A DNA stretch of 59,303 nt from a virus (lineage: Duplodnaviria; Caudoviricetes). The notes below the pieces were generated by a model, which had not been told where the DNA came from, searched no databases, and was given only the letters and a program-made list of their open reading frames with translations. Position numbers and translations under genes: made by a program. Where the stretch lies: IMG/VR virus record IMGVR_UViG_3300008266_000155, positions 1 to 59,303 of that record; one strand, given 5' to 3'. How positions within the stretch are numbered: position 1 is the first letter of the stretch; every line of letters begins with the position of its first letter. Positions 52,931-59,303 of this stretch are shown here, piece after piece.

Positions 52931-54043
52931 ATGAGCGTTACCGATTTCGGCGCACTCTCCATCGCCAACAAGCGCGTGTGGGCTGCTGAGACGTGGAAGG
53001 CCGGCCGCGACCAGTCGTTCTGGTTCGCGAACGGATTCATCGGCGGCAGCGACAGCGATGCCAACTCCGTCATCCAGCGCGTGACCAAGCTCACCGAGAC
53101 GGATCGCGGCCTCGAATGCGTCATGCAGCTCGTGCAGGATCTCGTCGGTGACGGCGTCGTCGGCGACAACGAGCTGGACGGCAACGAGGAGGCGATGGTC
53201 AATGACGCCATCGTCATCCGCATCGACCAGCTCCGCAACGGCGTGAAGTCCAAGGGCGAAATGGCCGAGCAGGCCACCGTCATTCGCTTCCGCGAGCAGG
53301 GCAAGGACAAGCTGGCGTTCTGGCTGTCCGACAAGCTCGACGAGCTGATGTTCCTCACCCTGTCGGGCCGGGCCTACACCCTGCGCACCGACGGCGCGAC
53401 GCGCGTCAACTCGCAGCTCCCGAGCCTGCGCTTCGCGGCCGACGTCGCGGCGGCCACGAGCGGCCGAATCATCCATGCCGGCTCGGCCACCTCCGAGGGC
53501 TCGATCACCGCATCCGACAAGATGTCGTGGTCCGTCGTCGTGCGGGCGAACACGCTGGCCAAGGAGAAGCGCCTCAAGCCCCTGCGCAGCGGCGGCAAGC
53601 AGCACTTCGCCATGGTCATGCACCCCCGCCAGGAGCGCGATCTGCTGCTGGATCCGACCTACCAGACGATCCTTCGCACCGCCGAGAAGCCCGGCAAGGA
53701 CAACCCGCTGTTCCAGGGCGCCATGGCGACCGTGAGCGGCACGATCCTCTACAGCCACAACAAGGTGTTCAACACCTCCGGGCTGACGTCCGGCAGCAAA
53801 TGGGGATCGGGCGGCCTCGTCGACGGCGCGCAGGCGCTGATGATGGGCGCGCAGGCCGGCGGCATCGCGATGATCGGCAACATGTTCTGGCGGGAGTCGG
53901 ACAAGACCGATTACAACAACCGCCCGGGCATCGGTACCGGCCGCAAGATCGGCATGCTCAAGCCGCAGTTCAAGTCGATCTTCGACTCGAACACTCGGCA
54001 GGATTTCAGCCTGATCTCGGTCAAGACCGCCGCCAGCGCCTGA
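52931..54043 (+). CDS. Major capsid protein (N4-gp56/DUF4043 family)
   Basis: 'GDGVVGDNELDGNEEAM...IDQLRNGV', 'MHPRQ..DL..DP', 'NPLFQG'. Confidence 0.88.
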   Translation: MSVTDFGALSIANKRVWAAETWKAGRDQSFWFANGFIGGSDSDANSVIQRVTKLTETDRGLECVMQLVQDLVGDGVVGDNELDGNEEAMVNDAIVIRIDQLRNGVKSKGEMAEQATVIRFREQGKDKLAFWLSDKLDELMFLTLSGRAYTLRTDGATRVNSQLPSLRFAADVAAATSGRIIHAGSATSEGSITASDKMSWSVVVRANTLAKEKRLKPLRSGGKQHFAMVMHPRQERDLLLDPTYQTILRTAEKPGKDNPLFQGAMATVSGTILYSHNKVFNTSGLTSGSKWGSGGLVDGAQALMMGAQAGGIAMIGNMFWRESDKTDYNNRPGIGTGRKIGMLKPQFKSIFDSNTRQDFSLISVKTAASA

Positions 54044-54133
54044 TTGTTATAGCGAGGCCGGGCTGATGAAGCCCGGCCATCGCACCGCAGCCGCCTTCAC
54101 CTTCATTCTTCTTTGTCCGGAAAGGGCAACAAG

Positions 54134-54859
54134 ATGGCCACCAATCGCACTCGCTTCTCGATCCAGTTGAAGGACGCCGTCACGGGCGCTTCCATCATCT
54201 CGGCGGGCGGCAAGGTTATCGTCTGCCAGGCCGGCACGCCCGATAAGGCGACGCTGTTCTCCGATGCCGACGGCACCTCGCTCGCCAACCCGCTGACCCC
54301 CACCCGCGGCTTCATCGAGTTCTGGACGCTCGACACGCTCGCCAGCGTGGATCTCTACATCATGTCGCCGACCGGGCACTTCCTGTCGCTCAGCGGCGTC
54401 GTGGCGTCCGGCCTCAACGAAATCGCCGTCGCCACCAACGAGCGCCAGGGCACGATGAAGATCCCGTTCTCGATCGCCGACACCACCGCGACGACCGAGA
54501 CGAACACCGGCATCGCCATCCCGGCGACCGGCGCCATTCAGCCGAGCCCGCTGCTGCTGGTGACCGCTATCGACGCCACCGAGACGATCGACGTCGGCAC
54601 CCTGTCCACCGACGGCGGCGACGCCGACGGCTTCCTCGTCACCGCCTCCGTGGCGGCGCTGGGTCTGGTCAAGGGCTCGCTGGCCAACGGCGCGACGACG
54701 CTCGGCGCGCTGCTGTTCGTCGTCGACTCGGCGAACGCGGGCGACGAAGCCCCCGAGCAGAACGTGTCGATGGCCGGCAAGACCATCACCTACACGCTCA
54801 CTGCCGGCTCCGACACGGCGAAGGGTTTCATCATCCTGCCGTACCACCTGGCCGCCTGA
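54134..54859 (+). CDS. Capsid decoration/cement-like protein
   Basis: Follows the capsid gene; beta-rich, 'TIDVG...DADGFL'. Confidence 0.6.
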   Translation: MATNRTRFSIQLKDAVTGASIISAGGKVIVCQAGTPDKATLFSDADGTSLANPLTPTRGFIEFWTLDTLASVDLYIMSPTGHFLSLSGVVASGLNEIAVATNERQGTMKIPFSIADTTATTETNTGIAIPATGAIQPSPLLLVTAIDATETIDVGTLSTDGGDADGFLVTASVAALGLVKGSLANGATTLGALLFVVDSANAGDEAPEQNVSMAGKTITYTLTAGSDTAKGFIILPYHLAA

Positions 54860-54878
54860 TCCCGGTCAGATTGCGGGG

Positions 54879-54914
54879 AGGCCGGGCGGGCTCTCGCAGC
54901 CCGTCCGGCCTTTC
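54879..54914 (+). terminator. Stem-loop terminator
   Basis: AGGCCGGGCGGGCT/AGCCCGTCCGGCCT stem followed by TTC. Confidence 0.55.
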
Positions 54915-54962
54915 TCCCGCATCGCCTACGCCTACCCCGCAATCTGAGAAGGACCGCACCCC

Positions 54963-55514
54963 ATGGCCACCGAGACGCCCGCCGCGCAGGAGCGCAAGGC
55001 TTTCCTCATCGACACGACCGCCCAGCCCGACAACCAGATCGCCGGCGGGCAGGTCATCGCGGGCCACCGCGAGCACAGCATGCTCGTCAACGGCACCATC
55101 CGCACCTATCGCTTCGAGCACAACAAGCCCGTCGAGATGCCCTGGGCCGTGGCCGCGCAGTTCCTGCGCACACCGTCTTTCCTGCTGACCAACGCCAACG
55201 GCGACCCGATCAGCTTCAAGGGTCCGCCGCGCCAGCCCGACGAGCTGCAGGCCGGCGAGCGCATCGTCGTGGGGCTCGACGAGACGATCGCCCGGCTTGA
55301 GGAGCTGCAGCACAGCGCCCTTCTGCTGCGCGCGCTGCGCATGCCGAACGGCGAGAGCATGGCGCAGGTTCTCGACCGCGAGACGATCATCGAGTTCATC
55401 ATGACCAGCAAGCGGGCGACGCAGCAGAAGAACGCCGTCGACGACCGCAAGGCCGACGGCTTCGCCAGCTTCATCCCCGAGGCGGAGGACGAAGGCGAGA
55501 TCGCGCTGTTCTAA
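54963..55514 (+). CDS. Hypothetical head-module protein
   Basis: AAGGA RBS. Confidence 0.6.
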   Translation: MATETPAAQERKAFLIDTTAQPDNQIAGGQVIAGHREHSMLVNGTIRTYRFEHNKPVEMPWAVAAQFLRTPSFLLTNANGDPISFKGPPRQPDELQAGERIVVGLDETIARLEELQHSALLLRALRMPNGESMAQVLDRETIIEFIMTSKRATQQKNAVDDRKADGFASFIPEAEDEGEIALF

Positions 55515-55565
55515 GCGCGAGCGCGCCGCCGAGGACCATCCTGATCGAGACGAGGAACCCGCCGA

Positions 55566-56381
55566 ATGTCACGCCAGCTCACAGCCAAGGAAATCTGCGA
55601 GCAGGCCCTTGCCATGATCGGCGAGTTCCCGACGTCCGATTCCGCGCCCGACGGCGAGACGCTGCGCCGCGCGCTGACGTGGCTCGACATTGCCATGTCC
55701 CATGTCGCGGGCACGACGCGGCTGTTCTTCCTGATCCCCGAGACGATCACGCTGACGCTGGTGGCCGGCCAGCAGGCTTATCCGCTGCTGGCCTCGCTCG
55801 GCGCCGCCTTCCCCAGCGATGGCATCCAGTTCCCGGTCGACGCCGCGCTCGAAGACGACAACGGCAACCGTGTCCCGATCACGATTGTGACGCGCGAGGA
55901 CCGCGAGCGGATCTGGAAGCCGGGCGTCGTCGGCACGCCCCAGGTGGTCTACATCGACCGCCTGCTGGCGCCGACCCTCTACACCTATCCGACCCTCTCC
56001 GCGGACGAGACGCGCACCTACACGCTCAAGCTGGTGATCCAGCGCTATGCGCCCAACGTCTCGCCGTCCGGCGTGTCCGGCAACCGGCCGCAGGGCTCCC
56101 GGCTCACCGAGTTCCGGCAGGCTTGGTCGCAGTACCTCATCTACCGGCTGTCGCAGCACATCGGCTCCGGCCCGGTTCGCGCGCTGCCGCTGCAGCGGAT
56201 CAACGCCTATGAGCGGCAGGCCGATCTGGCGCTGCGCCAGCTCAATGCGTTCGAGAACCAGCAGCACGACACCGAGGATCCGGTCACGCGCGGCTATGCG
56301 CTCGAAGACTACACCGACATGCGCCCGGCCGAGGATGTCGGCTACGGCTACGATTACGGCAACCGCAGGCGGGGATATTGA
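55566..56381 (+). CDS. Head-tail adaptor (P22 gp4-like)
   Basis: 'TAKEICEQALAMIG...ALTWLD', 'LVAGQQAY', 'GTPQVVY', 'YPT'; synteny. Confidence 0.7.
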   Translation: MSRQLTAKEICEQALAMIGEFPTSDSAPDGETLRRALTWLDIAMSHVAGTTRLFFLIPETITLTLVAGQQAYPLLASLGAAFPSDGIQFPVDAALEDDNGNRVPITIVTREDRERIWKPGVVGTPQVVYIDRLLAPTLYTYPTLSADETRTYTLKLVIQRYAPNVSPSGVSGNRPQGSRLTEFRQAWSQYLIYRLSQHIGSGPVRALPLQRINAYERQADLALRQLNAFENQQHDTEDPVTRGYALEDYTDMRPAEDVGYGYDYGNRRRGY

Positions 56382-56384
56382 TCG

Positions 56385-57449
56385 ATGGCGTTCCGCGCAT
56401 CCGTCCGCGACTTCCAGCTCGCCAACCCGCTCTATGTCGGCGCGGAGGTCCGGTTCTTCACCGTCGACATCAACGGCGCCAAGACGACGACGCTGGCCAC
56501 GCTCTATGCCAACCCGACCGGATCGACGCAGCTCGTCAACCCGCAGACGCTCGACGGCGACGGCAAGTTTGTCGCCCCCGTCTATTTCGAGCAGGCCATG
56601 GTGGCCGAGATCATCGGCGCGACCGTAGGCAGCGGCGAGACAGGCATCATCCAGCCCGTCGGCCGCTGGCGCGGGCTGTGGACCACGGCCACGATGTACC
56701 TGACGAACGACTTCATCCAGGCGGGCCCGGCCGATCCGCTGACCGAGGACAACATCTACGTCGCCCGGCTCAACTTCATGTCGCTCGGCACGCTCGCGCT
56801 CGACATTGCGGCCGGCAATGTCGAGCTGGTGTTCGACGCGCAGGACTTCCAAGTTGAGGTCGATGCGGCAATCGCCGCCGCCGCCGCGGCAGAAGCCGCA
56901 GCCGCCACGCTCAACGGCGCCCAGCGCACCGTGCAGGCATATCAGAGCGCGCCGCCCGGCAGCCCCACCACCGGCCACCAGTACCTTGTGCTGACGGCAG
57001 GCTCCGGCGCCTGGGCAGGGCAGAGCGAGAAGGTCGCGACGTGGACCGGCAGCGCGTGGACCTTCCTGACGCCGTCAACCGGCTGGTCGGCATTCAACAT
57101 CGCCACCAATCGGGTGCTTTTCTTCTTCGGCGGCGTTTGGCGCGTCTCATCGCTCGGCCTCGATGATCTGACCGATGTCGATCTCGTCACCACGCCGCCC
57201 ACCACTGGCGACGGGCTTGTCTATAACGGCACCAACTTCGTGCCCGGCGCGGCCGGCGGCGGCATGTTCCGCGGCAACAACGGCACGGTCGGCTCGCGCG
57301 TCGGCGACATCATCCGCGTCAATGCGCAGACCCTCACCGCTGACGTGACGATCGCCGCAACCGAAAACGCATCCGCGACCGGGCCCCTGGCGGTCAACAC
57401 CGGCATCACCCTGACCGTTTCCTCTGGCGCAACTTTGGTGGTCATATGA
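56385..57449 (+). CDS. Tail fibre base protein with DUF2793 domain
   Basis: 'SAPPGSPTTGHQYLV...SGAWAGQ..KVA.W.GSAWTFLTP.TGW'. Confidence 0.7.
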   Translation: MAFRASVRDFQLANPLYVGAEVRFFTVDINGAKTTTLATLYANPTGSTQLVNPQTLDGDGKFVAPVYFEQAMVAEIIGATVGSGETGIIQPVGRWRGLWTTATMYLTNDFIQAGPADPLTEDNIYVARLNFMSLGTLALDIAAGNVELVFDAQDFQVEVDAAIAAAAAAEAAAATLNGAQRTVQAYQSAPPGSPTTGHQYLVLTAGSGAWAGQSEKVATWTGSAWTFLTPSTGWSAFNIATNRVLFFFGGVWRVSSLGLDDLTDVDLVTTPPTTGDGLVYNGTNFVPGAAGGGMFRGNNGTVGSRVGDIIRVNAQTLTADVTIAATENASATGPLAVNTGITLTVSSGATLVVI

Positions 57450-57823
57450 GCACGGTCCGAGCAGCTACGCTATCCAACGTCGCAGGCACCGGCTCGCCGG
57501 CCATCACCGGCGGCGAGCTGTCGCGTGCTCGGTTCAATCTGAATGGAACTGGCACCATCGCGGCGCGAGATAGTTTCAATGTGTCCGGCTTCACTGACAA
57601 TGGAACCGGCGACTATACGGCGACTTTCTCAACGGCAATGCCAAATGCGGATTTTACTGGAGTAAGCTCAGGAGCGATTGTGGCGACAATCACTGTCGGC
57701 TCTCAATACAGTCTTGCACCAAGAGCTACCACTGTTGGGTCATATCGAGTTTTGTTCATCAACGGTGGCGCTGGCGCTGATCCTGACACCGCTATGTGCG
57801 CCATCTTCGGAGACATCCCATGA
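57446..57823 (+). CDS. Short tail-fibre module, paralog 1
   Basis: 'FNLNGTGTIAARDSFNVSGFTDNGTGDYT..F...FGD'. Confidence 0.7.
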   Translation: MSTVRAATLSNVAGTGSPAITGGELSRARFNLNGTGTIAARDSFNVSGFTDNGTGDYTATFSTAMPNADFTGVSSGAIVATITVGSQYSLAPRATTVGSYRVLFINGGAGADPDTAMCAIFGDIP

Positions 57824-58218
57824 GCACCTTAACCGCTCAGACTGTCAACGCTGCGACGGCGGTCAAGACTGCGGCGCTCCAAGATGCCAGCGGCGGCAAC
57901 AGCATGGCCCCGGCCGACATCAATCAGGGGCGGGCGAAGGTTTGGGCGACTGTCACCAACGCAGGCTCTACTGCGCTGGTAGACGGATTTGGGGTGGCAT
58001 CTCTGACTGATGCTGGCGCTGGAAACACAACAGTTACATTTAGTGTTGCGATGAGCAATGCCCTGTATTGCTACGCTACGTCGCCCGGCGCTAGCCCTCA
58101 AGTAACAGGCGCCGTAGTAACAAAAGGAACGGGTTCGTGCCAGACATTATATAGAAACAATTCAGGCTTTGGCGATACCGACCAAGATTTCGGCCTATTG
58201 ATTTTCGGAGATCGGTGA
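57820..58218 (+). CDS. Short tail-fibre module, paralog 2
   Basis: 'AKVWA...DGFGVASLTDAGAG.TTVTF...FGD'. Confidence 0.7.
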   Translation: MSTLTAQTVNAATAVKTAALQDASGGNSMAPADINQGRAKVWATVTNAGSTALVDGFGVASLTDAGAGNTTVTFSVAMSNALYCYATSPGASPQVTGAVVTKGTGSCQTLYRNNSGFGDTDQDFGLLIFGDR

Positions 58219-58604
58219 TGAGCACAGTTCGCGCTGACAACTTCGGGAACCGGGTCGGCACGTCGAGCATTTCGGCGGATACGCTGTTGCAAGGGACGGC
58301 GAAGGTTTGGGTTAATATGAATGGCACGGGCGCTATTGCTGTGCGTGATAGTTTCAATGTTTCAAGTCTTACTGACGGTGGAGTTGGGTTTTATGCCACA
58401 AACTATTCATCCGCTCGTCCTTCTGTAAATTATTCAGTAGCCGGCACTCTTTCTGCCGCTGTGGAAAATTCATCATCAAGTGCAAGGTCTGTTGTCCCAA
58501 CCATCCTGAATACAAGCGCAGTAAGTTTTGTGGGCTGCGTGGGCACAGGCACGGCACTTGATTGGGATTACGTTCACGTCTCTATCATTGGAGATCCGAC
58601 ATGA
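58218..58604 (+). CDS. Short tail-fibre module, paralog 3
   Basis: 'AKVWVNMNGTGAIAVRDSFNVSSLTDGGVG.Y...IGD'. Confidence 0.7.
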   Translation: MSTVRADNFGNRVGTSSISADTLLQGTAKVWVNMNGTGAIAVRDSFNVSSLTDGGVGFYATNYSSARPSVNYSVAGTLSAAVENSSSSARSVVPTILNTSAVSFVGCVGTGTALDWDYVHVSIIGDPT

Positions 58605-59077
58605 TCTGGACTGCCACCCGCGAGGAGCTGCGTGAAGACTTCGCATTGATGGAGAAGGCGCATCACGCGCTGTTTCCTGTCGAGACGAGCGCGCGCATCG
58701 CGTTCCACGACGCAACGCAGGAAGCCGTCAAGGTCGTCACGCCCGCGCCGCGCTTCATCGCCGCGCTGATGGCCGGCGGCTACATCAAGCGCAAGCGGTG
58801 CGTCGGCGCGGACCTGCGCTCCGGCCTGCCCATGTTCGAGGGCGACAAGGACGCTGCGCCGCTGCGGGACAAAGACGGGAACGTCTTCGACTACGGCAAG
58901 CCGATGGGCCCGATGACGCATGATGAGGCCATCGCGTTCCTGGCGTGGCGGGATCTGCCCCCAGGCTGCAACCACTTCAAGATCATGAGCACCGACGATC
59001 TGCCGCGCATCGACGGCTGCATCGACAAGGCCCGGAAATTTCGCGCCGCGTGGCGCCTCGAAGGAGAAGACGCATGA
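58601..59077 (+). CDS. Tail assembly-like protein
   Basis: 'GPMTHDEAIAFL..RDLP...DDLP...FRAAW'; ATGA coupling. Confidence 0.6.
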   Translation: MIWTATREELREDFALMEKAHHALFPVETSARIAFHDATQEAVKVVTPAPRFIAALMAGGYIKRKRCVGADLRSGLPMFEGDKDAAPLRDKDGNVFDYGKPMGPMTHDEAIAFLAWRDLPPGCNHFKIMSTDDLPRIDGCIDKARKFRAAWRLEGEDA

Positions 59078-59303
59078 CCGAGAAGAAGCAGCCCGACACC
59101 TTCATCATGGTCGAAGGCCGTCAACTGCCGGCCGCCGATCAGCCGCCGCAGAGCGAGCTGCAGGCCGCGTTCAAGGCAAACGCCGCCGGCAAGATCACCA
59201 TCCACATGCCGACGGCCAAGAACGTCGCCCGCGACCTGATCCGCGCCGCCCGCGCCGAGAAGTTCCGCCGCATCGACGACCTGCGCAATCAGGCGATCGA
59301 CGA
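59074..59303 (+). CDS. 5' part of tail-fibre assembly-like protein (continues at base 1)
   Basis: AAGGAG RBS; 'ITIHMPTAKNVARDLIRAARA'; open to the end of the window. Confidence 0.75.
   Translation, partial: MTEKKQPDTFIMVEGRQLPAADQPPQSELQAAFKANAAGKITIHMPTAKNVARDLIRAARAEKFRRIDDLRNQAID

Larger units (their letters stand above)
1..59303. mobile_element. Complete (circularly permuted) podovirus-like phage genome, probable alphaproteobacterial host
   Basis: Terminase, portal, capsid, tail, ejection and lysis genes are present. The ORF starting at 59074 continues in frame into bases 1-142. Confidence 0.9.

Noticed and set aside
57446-58604. Diversity-generating retroelement target repeats
   Set aside because: No reverse transcriptase in the genome, and the paralogues differ at all base types rather than only at adenines.

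Overview
The window looks like a complete, circularly permuted ~59.3 kb genome of a GC-rich short-tailed dsDNA phage. The ORF running off the right end continues in frame at base 1. The host is most likely an alphaproteobacterium (GapR/DUF2312, DUF2793, rhizobial-type SLT). Modules: tail and ejection genes (1-8.4 kb), including a Hint-domain protein; a ~13.9 kb DarB-like polyvalent gene broken into five frames (FtsK-gamma, InPase, C5-MTase, N6-MTase, Strawberry-notch helicase, HExxH domain); a lysis cassette (22.3-25.1 kb); a leftward recombination/anti-defence operon (SLT, Rad50-like ATPase, Tad2/DUF2829, DEDDh and PD-(D/E)XK nucleases); a rightward Cro/GapR/MT-A70/VRR-NUC/DUF1376 operon; small leftward early genes; a tRNA-Met(CAT) followed by ~780 nt of densely base-paired non-coding sequence; and terminase, portal, scaffold, N4-gp56-type capsid and tail fibre genes. 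I recognised no integrase, CI repressor, DNA polymerase or CRISPR array. The most interesting unexplained signals are the candidate large structured ncRNA behind the tRNA, two overprinted genes inside the giant gene, a 17-bp palindromic operator at the early promoters, and the virion-module Hint protein. All family assignments come from motif recognition by eye, not from database searches.
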